64,000 nucleotides of DNA from Cenarchaeum sp. GTDB lineage: Archaea > Thermoproteota > Nitrososphaeria > Nitrososphaerales > Nitrosopumilaceae. The notes below the pieces were generated by a model, which saw nothing but the letters and a program-made list of their open reading frames with translations, searched no databases and had not been told where the DNA came from. Positions within the stretch are counted from its first letter, which is position 1, and each line of letters starts with the position of its first letter. Shown piece by piece: positions 9,566-18,919 of this stretch. The position numbers and the translations under genes are program-made. The stretch is taken from positions 640,001 through 704,000 of the forward strand of contig OZ243037.1 in the NCBI GenBank assembly GCA_965212015.1. The letters run 5' to 3'.

Positions 9566-9751
9566 TCCGGGCCGGGACTCCGGCCCGGATGGTTCTGGGC
9601 AAGAGGGCCGGCTCTGCCGGCCCGATGGTGTGGAGATGGGGGCTCCCGCCAGGGAGCCCGAGGAAGAGACGTTGAGATTACTGAATGGTTCGTCGTTTGT
9701 GGGTTTGTGAGGTAACTGCGAGTTGGAAATCCGCGCGCGGGGCTTGAAAAA
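9566..9751. repeat. Conserved hairpin-rich element, copy 4
   Basis: TCCGGGCCGG-gact-CCGGCCCGGA, GGGCCGGC-tct-GCCGGCCC, GGGCTCCC-gcca-GGGAGCCC, TGTGAGGTAACTGCGAG at 9706. Confidence 0.9.
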
Positions 9752-9899
9752 CGACCTCTTTGCGGTCGGTTTTCGACCCTTTTGCGGTCGAAAAAAAGAG
9801 GTCGAAAGCACTTTTGCGGTCGAAAAACGACCCTTTTGCGGTCGAAAAAAAGAGGTCGAAAGCACTTTTGCGGTCGAAAAGCGACCCTTTTGCGGTCGA
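9752..9899. repeat. Iteron-like array 4 (TTTGCGGTCG units, 54-bp period)
   Basis: GCGGTC at 9762, 9784, 9816, 9838, 9870, 9892 (22,32,22,32,22). Confidence 0.9.
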
Positions 9900-10127
9900 T
9901 ATGGTAGGATGACAGAGCGGCTCAGGAGTCGTAGTAAGTAACACCGAGTCGGCTGGCCATCAAGATTGGAACAGACCCATTGGTCATGTGGCCTGTGGCC
10001 AGCCTTGGTGATCTGTGGGAGTCGTGACTTTTCCAGATGGTTTTGGGTAAGATGACCGGCTCTGGCCGGCTTGGTGTGTGGTCCGGCCCGGATGATTCTA
10101 GGTAAGAGGGCCAGACCTGCCGGCCCG

Positions 10128-10265
10128 AGATGGTCCTTGGCTAGTCGGGCTGGCCTACAGCCCGACGGGATTTGGTATGAGGCTCCCGCCAGGGAGCCTT
10201 GGGGAAAAGACGTTGAGATTACTGAATCGTGGTTCGTCGTTTGTGGGTTTGTGAGGTAACTGCGA
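10128..10265. repeat. Conserved hairpin-rich element, copy 5 (degenerate partial modules upstream at ~10036-10128)
   Basis: GTCGGGCTG-gccta-CAGCCCGAC, GGCTCCC-gcca-GGGAGCC, TGTGAGGTAACTGCGA at 10250. Confidence 0.9.
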
Positions 10266-10309
10266 ACCTGCTGCTACAAACACGCGCGTGCGGGGGATAT
10301 TAGGCATAT

Positions 10310-10836
10310 TTTTGCGTACACTCAGTGTACCGTCACGTAGCACCCAGTGTACGCAAAAAGGGTACACTTGGTACACTTGGTGTACCCATACGTAGCACTT
10401 GGTGTACCCAGTGTACGCAAAAAGGGTACACTTGGTACACTTGGTGTACCCATACGTAGCACTTGGTGTACCCAGTGTACGCAAAAAGGGTACACTTGGT
10501 ACACTTGGTGTACCCATACGTAGCACTTGGTGTACCCAGTGTACGCAAAAAAATGCATTTAATGCATTCAAAAAATGCATTTAATGCACTCAGTGTACGC
10601 AAAAAAATGCATTTAATGCATTCAAAAAATGCATTTAATGCACTCAGTGTACGCAAAAAAATGCATTTAATGCATTCAAAAAATGCATTTAATGCACTCA
10701 GTGTACGCAAAAAAATGCATTTAATGCATTCAAAAAATGCACTTAATGCACTTTGTGCTACCTCACGTGGCTCTTTGTGCTACCCCCGCATAGCTCTTTG
10801 TGCTCTTTGTGCTACCCCACGTAGCTCTTTGTGTCC
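10310..10836. repeat. Composite iteron-like array 5: 64-bp x3 (10345-10536), 54-bp x4 (10537-10752), CTTTGTGCTAC units (10751-10836)
   Basis: CAGTGTACGC at 10345, 10409, 10473, 10537, 10591, 10645, 10699; ATGCATTTAATGCA at 22/32 spacing; CTTTGTG at 10751, 10773, 10805, 10827. Confidence 0.92.
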
Positions 10837-11056
10837 TTTTTACCCCAAGTTGATCTGTGGCAACAGATACAGAAATTAAAGATAAATTAAATCCCGTGCG
10901 GTCACACCAACATCTGTTTTCCCGCGCCCCAAAACCAATAATGATTTCCAAACAGGACTGGCAGAATCCAAGACATCAATCAAGTAAAGGCTCAGACGCC
11001 AGAGGCATGGCGTAAGAGTCATGCTCCTGTAACTTGTGCTCGTTGTACCGCCGACA

Positions 11057-12589
11057 CTAGGATTCCCGCGCGGTTGCCCGGCGCACAAGGAACCTGCCGT
11101 CGGAGAGCTCCGTGTCCACCTCCCACCCCTGGGCAGAATGCTCCAGCAGGCTCTGTTCATCCTCGATAATTCGGCTTTCATATGGGGCATCCGCCTTGGC
11201 AGGTCTTGCCGGTATTTCCTTGGGGACCGTGACAGAATCGTTTCGGATCAGGGAAGTCGGATCCATCCCGTACATCTTGGCCTGCTGCCGCCACAGGTTG
11301 AGTAGCATGTCCTTTTTGTTAGCGCCGTCGGCCTTGAGGTCCGTAGCCAGAAACGTCTGACTCTGCGCGTACGCGCGCCTCATGTCCTCCGTCATCTGCT
11401 CTGTGAGCCTGCCCTTGTTGGTGGTGTATCGAGCCTCCATGTCGCCCTTGTGTCCCATAAAGAATTGTCTGTATGCGTGCGTCATGCACCCGTGGCTTTC
11501 GGCCATGAGCATCTGCGTGTCAAAGTATGCCCTCAGGGCGTACGGGCGGATCTTCATCACGCCCCAGATCGTCCTCCGTATGCTCTCCGATATGGCCGGC
11601 GTGGTCAGAAATAATGTGTCCGATTTCTTACGCTGCCCCCTTTCCTGGTATCCATTGTTGAACGTAATGAGCGGCGAGTCCGGTTCCAGTATATCGCCGT
11701 GCGCGATACGCTGCCGCAGATATCCCAAAAGATACTCACATCCCTGCTTTGTCAGGAACGTAAAGTACTTGTTTTTGGTCTTGCTAAGCTGGGCGCGGAC
11801 GACAATCATTGCCGGCATCTTTTCAAACGACACCCTGTCGCCGTCGATGCGCAGTTCCGGCAGATCCGAGAGTTTCAGCCCGTCACCCTTGTCAGACGTG
11901 CCCATCACCTGGGGGCGGATGCCGGAGAATGCCATCATGCCTACGATGAGCTTTGTGCGCGGGGATCCTGCGCCTAGAATCTGATCAAGTTGCTCCTGCG
12001 TGGGGACCTGCTCGTCCTCTATGCTTACCGCAATGCTGGCGTTTCTCACCTTTATTTTGCGCCTTATCTCGATGTGGTTGTATTCAAGCCACGACTTTAT
12101 CGCCTTTATCATCCCCTCTGTGTAGCCCGGCGCGTAATTCTGTTTTTCCATCCACGAGACGTGATCAAGCAGAATGTTCTCCATGTCCATTGGATTGTCG
12201 CGTCCTATGGTAACCAAGTTTGTAGGAGTCTTGTCAACCCTGTGGCAGAACAGATTGAGTCTGCGCAGCCTTACCTTTGAGTTGAGTATGCTAGAGCGCG
12301 CACAGTTTTCATACCAGCGTCTAACGTCATCATCCTTCAATAGTATAACTGGAGCTTGTGTCGTCACCTGATTCCACCGGATGTTATCAAAACGCGTTCC
12401 CCTATTTTTCCTTTTTGTTGTACGATTTTTTTCGTTAGGAATTATATTAGAGGAGTTTTCATGTTGTGTAATAACCGCGCGCTTTTTTTCCGGTTCCCTG
12501 TCAGGGCGCCGTGAGTTTGCACTCTTTATTTGTAGGCGAGGCTTGCAGTCGGCTTTTGAATTTACAGATTTTGTTTTCTGTTTTTTCAT
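11057..12589 (-). CDS. Tyrosine recombinase / site-specific integrase (start uncertain)
   Basis: SGIRP (catalytic R), RPYALRAYF, FMGH, ARYT (catalytic Y). Confidence 0.88.
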   Translation of the reverse strand: MKKQKTKSVNSKADCKPRLQIKSANSRRPDREPEKKRAVITQHENSSNIIPNEKNRTTKRKNRGTRFDNIRWNQVTTQAPVILLKDDDVRRWYENCARSSILNSKVRLRRLNLFCHRVDKTPTNLVTIGRDNPMDMENILLDHVSWMEKQNYAPGYTEGMIKAIKSWLEYNHIEIRRKIKVRNASIAVSIEDEQVPTQEQLDQILGAGSPRTKLIVGMMAFSGIRPQVMGTSDKGDGLKLSDLPELRIDGDRVSFEKMPAMIVVRAQLSKTKNKYFTFLTKQGCEYLLGYLRQRIAHGDILEPDSPLITFNNGYQERGQRKKSDTLFLTTPAISESIRRTIWGVMKIRPYALRAYFDTQMLMAESHGCMTHAYRQFFMGHKGDMEARYTTNKGRLTEQMTEDMRRAYAQSQTFLATDLKADGANKKDMLLNLWRQQAKMYGMDPTSLIRNDSVTVPKEIPARPAKADAPYESRIIEDEQSLLEHSAQGWEVDTELSDGRFLVRRATARES

Positions 12590-12703
12590 ATTGAAAGCGC
12601 CACTAGACCCGCTTCCACTGTGGGTTCGGGTCTTTCCCTGGCAAAATGCCCACAAACCGGTATCCGCGGGTGATTAACGCCCCCGCTTTTGCTGTATCGG
12701 CAA

Positions 12704-13966
12704 CTATTCTGTTTGGCCCGTCTTGGCGCTCATCAGCACCTCTAGTACCCGGTCAAGCTGTTCTGGCGTTGCCTTTTCCATGACGTTCTGTATGTGGTGT
12801 CTCTGCTCCAGTGTGGGGTCTATCTTGCTCTGATCCAGATACTCCTCGGATCGCATGAATCCCTCGCGCATCTCGGCTGTCAGGACCTCTGGCAGTATGC
12901 TCTTGTTTGTCGTGTACCTTGACTCCATGCTGCCCTTGTGTCCCATGAAAAAGACCCTAAAGTCGTGGGCTATCTTTCCCTTGGACTCTGCAATTAGCAG
13001 CTGCGTGTCAAAGTACGCCCTTAGAACGTATGGCCTCCATGTGAATCTGGGCCTGAACGTCCTTCTTACCAGATCACTTATTTGCTGCGTGGGCAGAAAC
13101 GCCTTTCTTGTATTGACGCCCCTGTGCGTCTTGTAGATATAGTCGGGCGCTACAATTGGCGCATTATCGTGCAGTGATTCCCCGTGAACCAGCCTGTCGT
13201 TCAGGTATGCCACGATGTGGCTCGTTGCGGACTGTGTCGAGAATGTAAAGTACTGGTGGCGTGCCTTTGAGAGCTCGCGCCGTACTATGATTCTGTTTGG
13301 AATTCTAACGCACTTTGCCTTTCCCTGATGGATTACCAGATCCGGCAGATCCTTCATTTGCAGTCCGTCCGTTCCGTTATGGTTTCCAATGACCTGTGGT
13401 CTGAGGCCCGACTTTGCCATCAGCGATATTATCACCGACTCGCGCAGGCCGGCCCTGCTGTATATCTCGGTCATCTCTTGCCCCTCCGGGACGCGTTCGT
13501 TTTGAAGCGTAGGGGTATAGTTTGTGGACGTCACCTTGATCTTTCTTCGTATCTCCACATCAAAGTGTCTCAGCCACGACTTTACCGTCTTGATCTGCTC
13601 CTCAATGTATCCCGGGGAATAATTCTTGGACTCCATCATGGTGATGTGATCCTCAAGCAAGTCCGTTGCAGTTCTCAGATCCCTAGTTGCCAGATCCGCC
13701 AGCTGTATCGGTGTCATCTGGTGAATCTCGCAGAACCGTCCCAGTCTCCTGAGACGCCCATCTGCTGTGATGGGGCTTCCGCGCGCCAGATTATCATGCC
13801 ATCTTTTGATGTCCGTGTTGGCCAACAGCCTTGATTTTTTTGTCTGTTTGGCAGTATCTTTTGCGTATGGTTTTGTTTTTTCCATATCTGTCAGCCTCTC
13901 GGTTACATTCTCGGTATGGTATGGTTTTGCTATTTGACTTTTGAGCGCGTTTTCCATTGTTATCAT
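12704..13966 (-). CDS. Tyrosine recombinase / site-specific integrase, paralogue of 11057-12589
   Basis: SGLRP, RPYVLRAYF, FMGH, SRYT motifs. Confidence 0.9.
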   Translation of the reverse strand: MITMENALKSQIAKPYHTENVTERLTDMEKTKPYAKDTAKQTKKSRLLANTDIKRWHDNLARGSPITADGRLRRLGRFCEIHQMTPIQLADLATRDLRTATDLLEDHITMMESKNYSPGYIEEQIKTVKSWLRHFDVEIRRKIKVTSTNYTPTLQNERVPEGQEMTEIYSRAGLRESVIISLMAKSGLRPQVIGNHNGTDGLQMKDLPDLVIHQGKAKCVRIPNRIIVRRELSKARHQYFTFSTQSATSHIVAYLNDRLVHGESLHDNAPIVAPDYIYKTHRGVNTRKAFLPTQQISDLVRRTFRPRFTWRPYVLRAYFDTQLLIAESKGKIAHDFRVFFMGHKGSMESRYTTNKSILPEVLTAEMREGFMRSEEYLDQSKIDPTLEQRHHIQNVMEKATPEQLDRVLEVLMSAKTGQTE

Positions 13967-14024
13967 GTTATCTGATACAAAGCTTTATTTAAAGATTTAC
14001 CATGTAGCATGATACAGGCTGATC

Positions 14025-14312
14025 ATGGGCATATTTATAAAAAAAATCCACGGGGCGGAATACCTGTATTTTCTGGCAGGGGATTCCCAGTATTTCCTGG
14101 GAAGAAAGGACGATCTGGAAAACCTGAACATTCAGAATCTGCGCAAGGCTGTGCGGATTGCAGACAGGAACTTTGATAGGATTTTTGTAAAATACATCCG
14201 GGATCTGCTGAAAAATGTCAGGTACATGCCCGATGATGAGAGGGCCCGGTACCTGTCCGCGCGGATTGCAAACTTGGATTCTGCGTTAAGACAGCTCAAA
14301 AATACGCGATAA
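14025..14312 (+). CDS. Hypothetical protein divergent from the integrases
   Basis: 95 aa ATG ORF; N-terminal IKKIHGAEYLY...FLG beta-rich motif; TTTATTTAAA in the shared intergenic region. Confidence 0.65.
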   Translation: MGIFIKKIHGAEYLYFLAGDSQYFLGRKDDLENLNIQNLRKAVRIADRNFDRIFVKYIRDLLKNVRYMPDDERARYLSARIANLDSALRQLKNTR

Positions 14313-14334
14313 TCATGCGATTTTTTGCAAAAAA

Positions 14335-14496
14335 TTATGACTCGTTGCCGGCCTTGAGGTAGAGCCTGTCTCCTTCCCTCTCAAAGACGATCACATCACC
14401 CTTTTCGAACCTGCAGCTGTTTCGGACCCGTTTCGGGATGGTAATCTGGTACTTGTATGATACCACGGTTGTGCCTAGGATTTCCTTGTTATTCAT
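14335..14496 (-). CDS. AbrB/MazE/SpoVT-family DNA-binding protein (53 aa, not in ORF track)
   Basis: MNNKEILGTTVVSYKYQITIPKRVRNSCRFEKGDVIVFEREGDRLYLKAGNES; QITIPKxVR...GD motif. Confidence 0.88.
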   Translation of the reverse strand: MNNKEILGTTVVSYKYQITIPKRVRNSCRFEKGDVIVFEREGDRLYLKAGNES

Positions 14497-14557
14497 GCCT
14501 TACTTGTAGGAATCGTAGGAAAAACACATAAAGTATCCCCAAGAATGTAAAGATCAC

Positions 14558-16474
14558 TTGAAAAGTAAGGCAAAAAAGGCATCTCAGATGGCCAAATGTA
14601 CTACAATGCTAAAGTGGTATTTTCCACCAACAGGTGGTGGAGTAACTCAGGGATTTAATGATGGTTCACAAGAATTCTTCCGATCTAATGCATGGGAGCA
14701 GACCATAAGAGAGATAATTCAGAATTCACTTGATGCTGTAGATGATCGAAGAGACGGGCCAGTAAAAATAAACATCTCTGAAATAACGATACCTGCATCA
14801 GAGATAGGAGCCACTGATCTTGCTGGCCACATAAGCAAGGCTTTGGAACGCACTAGAAAACAAGAATCCACCACAGGGAGTAAATTTTACGAAAATGCAT
14901 TGAAGGTTTTAAATCAAAATGAGATCAAAATGCTTGCAATAACTGATACTAACACTACAGGTTTAGTGGATGAAAAATGGGATGCGCTGATATATGATGA
15001 AGGTACATCAAGTAAAGGTGGTATAAATGCAGCAGGAGGAAGTTTTGGCATTGGAAAAAATGCACCATATGTGGTTTCAGATTTAAAAACTGTATGTTAT
15101 TCCACACGATATCTAGGCAAGGGAAGAATTGAAAAGTTTATTGCTCGATGCAAGATTTCTGCACATGAGAATCCCGATGAATCTTCTAAAGAAATGCTAC
15201 AACACATAGGATTTGGAACTAAAACAAAATTAGCAAAAAATATTCGTCCTTTACCAACAGAAGGAAGTGACATTCATCAACTATTTCGTCTTGATGAATA
15301 TGGAAGTGGAATATTTATTATGGGATTTAATCCACAACTAAAAAATTGGATCAAAGTGGCCAAAAAATCTATAGCACATAATTTTTTTGTTGCAATACAT
15401 GAAAAGAAATTAGAAATTTATATAAATTCTGATCCGATAAACTATGAAACATTAGATGGTATATTTGAGGATGATCGTAAAAAAGAACCTACTCGTCACT
15501 ATTATCATATCATCCGTGATGATATTAAGAAAGAAATTGTAGAAGGAGATCTGGGAAAATTTACAGTACAAATAAATATTGATGATGAAGATGCACCAAA
15601 CCAAATTGCATATATAAACCGAAGAGGAATGATGGTAACTGACAAGCGTATTTTCGATGAAAATCCATTTTATACGGCAGTTGGAAAAGGTTGGGCCAAA
15701 TATGCAGTAGTAATTATGTCACATGATGATGCAACAGATATGAAAATACGTATGATGGAGCCGCCTAACCATCAATCAATCGAATACAAGCGCATCAATG
15801 ATCATAAAAAACGAGATTCTATGGAACGACAACTTCGTGTCATAAAAAATAAAATTACTGATATTATTAACAACGCAATTTCCGACAGTAATCATGAACA
15901 TGACATAAATCTATCAGAACTTGCAGACATATTGCCTTTTCCTGATGATTCAGGAAAAGAAGGTATTGAACAAAGTGAAAAAGATCAGTCTCTAGATCAT
16001 CATACTATAGAGTCTGGCACATCATCTCATATCGTAGATGATGATGGATTAGATTCAGGTAAAAAGTTAGGTGGGACCTCAGATACACATGGAAAGAATC
16101 ATAAATCTATTTCTGGTCGCAAAATAAGCAGTAAAGGAACACCAATTTTGCATCGTCAGCGAATTGTGCGCAGCAAGGATATACTCCGTGTTGCATTTAC
16201 ATCACGTCAAAATAATGGAAAACCAGTGTGCTTTGGCATCAAACCTGTAGGTGAAGAAAGAAAAAATGAAATCATGATTCCAATAACTTCGGCCCGTGTG
16301 GAAACACCATCGAATTTTACCATTAAAATGAATAACAATCGTATAACCATGACTCCAAAATATGATGAACGGGTTGTAATGGATCTAAAAATACCTCAAA
16401 CCAAGTCATATACAGGATATGAGATCATTGAAATAGTACAAAACAAAAAACCCTCAAAAGGTAATAAAAAATGA
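14558..16474 (+). CDS. GHKL-like ATPase domain protein
   Basis: REIIQNSLDA, ITDTNTTGL, GGSFGIGK motifs; first gene of an overlapping operon. Confidence 0.75.
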   Translation: MKSKAKKASQMAKCTTMLKWYFPPTGGGVTQGFNDGSQEFFRSNAWEQTIREIIQNSLDAVDDRRDGPVKINISEITIPASEIGATDLAGHISKALERTRKQESTTGSKFYENALKVLNQNEIKMLAITDTNTTGLVDEKWDALIYDEGTSSKGGINAAGGSFGIGKNAPYVVSDLKTVCYSTRYLGKGRIEKFIARCKISAHENPDESSKEMLQHIGFGTKTKLAKNIRPLPTEGSDIHQLFRLDEYGSGIFIMGFNPQLKNWIKVAKKSIAHNFFVAIHEKKLEIYINSDPINYETLDGIFEDDRKKEPTRHYYHIIRDDIKKEIVEGDLGKFTVQINIDDEDAPNQIAYINRRGMMVTDKRIFDENPFYTAVGKGWAKYAVVIMSHDDATDMKIRMMEPPNHQSIEYKRINDHKKRDSMERQLRVIKNKITDIINNAISDSNHEHDINLSELADILPFPDDSGKEGIEQSEKDQSLDHHTIESGTSSHIVDDDGLDSGKKLGGTSDTHGKNHKSISGRKISSKGTPILHRQRIVRSKDILRVAFTSRQNNGKPVCFGIKPVGEERKNEIMIPITSARVETPSNFTIKMNNNRITMTPKYDERVVMDLKIPQTKSYTGYEIIEIVQNKKPSKGNKK

Positions 16475-17307
16475 GTCATACGAACTTCTTGCTACCACAT
16501 CCAATAATTAAACCTGGAGGATTTGACTACAATGAAAATTGTCACTTTGACATAGAGATAAAACAGGCCACGACACTTGATGGAAATATCCACATTGAGA
16601 TATCATGTGATCTGTCCAGTTTTACTATAAATGATCTCATAAAGAAAGAAAAAGCAAAATTTTTTATTACTTTAAAATGTGTTAAAACCCATCAAAGAAT
16701 CACACATAGCTTTACAGAAACTTCCATGGTTTGGGATATTCCGATGTCTAACTGTGTCGATAAAATAAACATAACGCCATATGTGGCAACAACTGAGGAA
16801 ATACCAGCATTTTACTCCAAAGAACATGATGATGAAATTCAACAAATGATTCCTGATGGCGTAGATCTTCCGACAGGTGCCATTTTGGCAGTAGGAAAAT
16901 CACACGAAATCACGATTGATGCGATAGAAAAGATCCAAGCTGCCATCAAGATAATCCAAAATAAGGAATTGGAAGTAGGAACTTACGCCATAGACACCAG
17001 TGGCGATTATCTAGACATTCAAATGCATCCTAAAACACAAAACAGCATACGTAATATACACAACCAATCAGTAGAACTTTTGTATCCATCAATTTACCTG
17101 ACTGCCATCGAACAAGCCATACGTGATATGGAAAATTATAAAGATCGCAAATGGGCACAAGCTTTGCACAAAACTCTAGAAAAACACAATATTGAGATTG
17201 ATTATGATAAATTAAAGGAAGAAGCAAATAAGCATGCCCAGACAATACTGAACAAACCATTGGATCGCATCATACAATGGCACAATCGAGAGAATGAATA
17301 TGATTGA
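16471..17307 (+). CDS. Hypothetical protein
   Basis: 278 aa; stop/start overlaps with both neighbours as given in the ORF track. Confidence 0.8.
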   Translation: MSHTNFLLPHPIIKPGGFDYNENCHFDIEIKQATTLDGNIHIEISCDLSSFTINDLIKKEKAKFFITLKCVKTHQRITHSFTETSMVWDIPMSNCVDKINITPYVATTEEIPAFYSKEHDDEIQQMIPDGVDLPTGAILAVGKSHEITIDAIEKIQAAIKIIQNKELEVGTYAIDTSGDYLDIQMHPKTQNSIRNIHNQSVELLYPSIYLTAIEQAIRDMENYKDRKWAQALHKTLEKHNIEIDYDKLKEEANKHAQTILNKPLDRIIQWHNRENEYD

Positions 17308-18919
17308 AAGAGAACCCCTTTACAGATTTACCCATGAAGCATTTGAAATGTTATTCAAGAACTTTGAAAAACATCTTGAACATTACAAGAATCCTGATGC
17401 AGATTTTATCAAACTATTAACAGAGAATGGAATCAATAATTACAAAGAACCAATAATCGCGCATATCATTAATCCAATCAAACTTGAATTGACAGAGGGC
17501 AAACCATCCCATCTAGCAGACATTCAGGCACTCGATTTTTATAATTCCTTTGAAGGCATGACGCCTAGACTTGCGTCAGATCCACGTGTACTGGCATATC
17601 TGAATCATTTTTATTTTCACAAGTATGGCATTGCTCGCTGGCCGATATCTGCAAGCACAAAACCAGAACATATGCGTAGACATTGGCTTACGCGTAGCAC
17701 AGAAAATACTCACATATGGAAATCAAACATTTCGGGCAGAACCTGGTGGATTGCACATATGGCCATCAAGGCAGCAGAGTCTTCGGCCGGCACATTTGAT
17801 GCAAAGCAAGCATTGAAAAAATTTACAGAAGCTCCAGAATATTACCATCGCACCATGGAATATGCCATACTCAAAAATCATACGCTTATGGCAGAATTCA
17901 TCAGAGCATTACACAGGGAGGCAGAGGGTATAAACCGTGATGGATACATAGCCATGGCAAAGGAATTAAACCTGGAGGCTGGTGCAAGGCTAATTGATTC
18001 GCTGGACAGACAATACCTGCGTAAACTAGTACAGCGTGCAGCAGATCGTCAGATGTGCAATCCAAAATCTGTTACAAATCGCAAATATATTCATAATGTG
18101 AAAAAATTCAAAGTGTTGAGTTTGGGAGCTGGAGCACAGTCTACCGTGTTGGCGCTCATGGCAGAAGAGGGATGGAATGGACTTGAAAAACCAGATCTAG
18201 CTATATTTGCAGATACTCAATGGGAACCACCGAATGTATACGAGCACCTAGATTGGTTAGAAAAACAGCTATCGTATAAGGTAATTCGAGTATCTGCAGG
18301 AAACATACGTGAGAACATACTAAACGGTGTCAATTCAGATGGAGACAAATTTATGGACATACCGGCATTTTTAGTAAATCCTGATGGAAGTAAATCCGTG
18401 GCCCGCAGACAATGCACTACGCATTATAAAATAAGACCCATACACAAGGAGCTTAGAAAACACCTCGGCATACCAACCGGTCGACGTGCTCCAAAAGATA
18501 TTCAGGTAGAAATGTGGCTGGGTATTAGTGCAGATGAATCAAATAGAATTAAACCTAGCAGAGATGAATGGATCGACAATCGATATCCACTTATTGAAAA
18601 GGACATGACCCGGGCCAACATATACAATTGGTTTAGTGAGAGGTATCCGGATCGTCGTTTGCCTCGCAGTGCATGCGTAGGATGTCCTTACCACAACAAC
18701 ATGGAGTGGAAATGGATCAAAGAAAACGATCCGGATTCATTTGAGGAAGCAGTCAATGTTGACTGGTCGCTTCGTAATGTTCAAAAGACACGTGGTACAC
18801 TCAAAGGAGATGCGTACTTGCATCACACGCGCAAACAGTTAAACAAAGTGGATTTTAGCAAGACAGAAAATTATGATGACTATATGGCGAGCGAATGTGA
18901 GGGACTCTGTGGTGTCTGA
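17294..18919 (+). CDS. Fusion: DUF6339-like N-terminal domain + PAPS-reductase-like PP-loop domain with Cys clusters
   Basis: N-term TPRLASDPRVLAYLNH..ARWP..ISGRTWW; C-term LSLGAGAQST, AIFADTQWEP, RQCTTHYKI, WLGISADE, YPL, SACVGCP, ECEGLC. Confidence 0.75.
   Translation: MNMIEREPLYRFTHEAFEMLFKNFEKHLEHYKNPDADFIKLLTENGINNYKEPIIAHIINPIKLELTEGKPSHLADIQALDFYNSFEGMTPRLASDPRVLAYLNHFYFHKYGIARWPISASTKPEHMRRHWLTRSTENTHIWKSNISGRTWWIAHMAIKAAESSAGTFDAKQALKKFTEAPEYYHRTMEYAILKNHTLMAEFIRALHREAEGINRDGYIAMAKELNLEAGARLIDSLDRQYLRKLVQRAADRQMCNPKSVTNRKYIHNVKKFKVLSLGAGAQSTVLALMAEEGWNGLEKPDLAIFADTQWEPPNVYEHLDWLEKQLSYKVIRVSAGNIRENILNGVNSDGDKFMDIPAFLVNPDGSKSVARRQCTTHYKIRPIHKELRKHLGIPTGRRAPKDIQVEMWLGISADESNRIKPSRDEWIDNRYPLIEKDMTRANIYNWFSERYPDRRLPRSACVGCPYHNNMEWKWIKENDPDSFEEAVNVDWSLRNVQKTRGTLKGDAYLHHTRKQLNKVDFSKTENYDDYMASECEGLCGV

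Noticed and set aside
7774-10265. Classical integron attC cassettes
   Set aside because: No RYYYAAC...GTTRRRY boundaries recognised, cassettes carry no ORFs, and the recombinases do not look IntI-like; only an architectural analogy
7954-10951. ORFs predicted across the repeat region (e.g. 8090-8584, 9077-9865, 10155-10580)
   Set aside because: Repeat periods such as 29, 55 and 64 bp are not multiples of 3, the same peptides recur in several frames, and there are no domain motifs; artefacts of repetitive DNA
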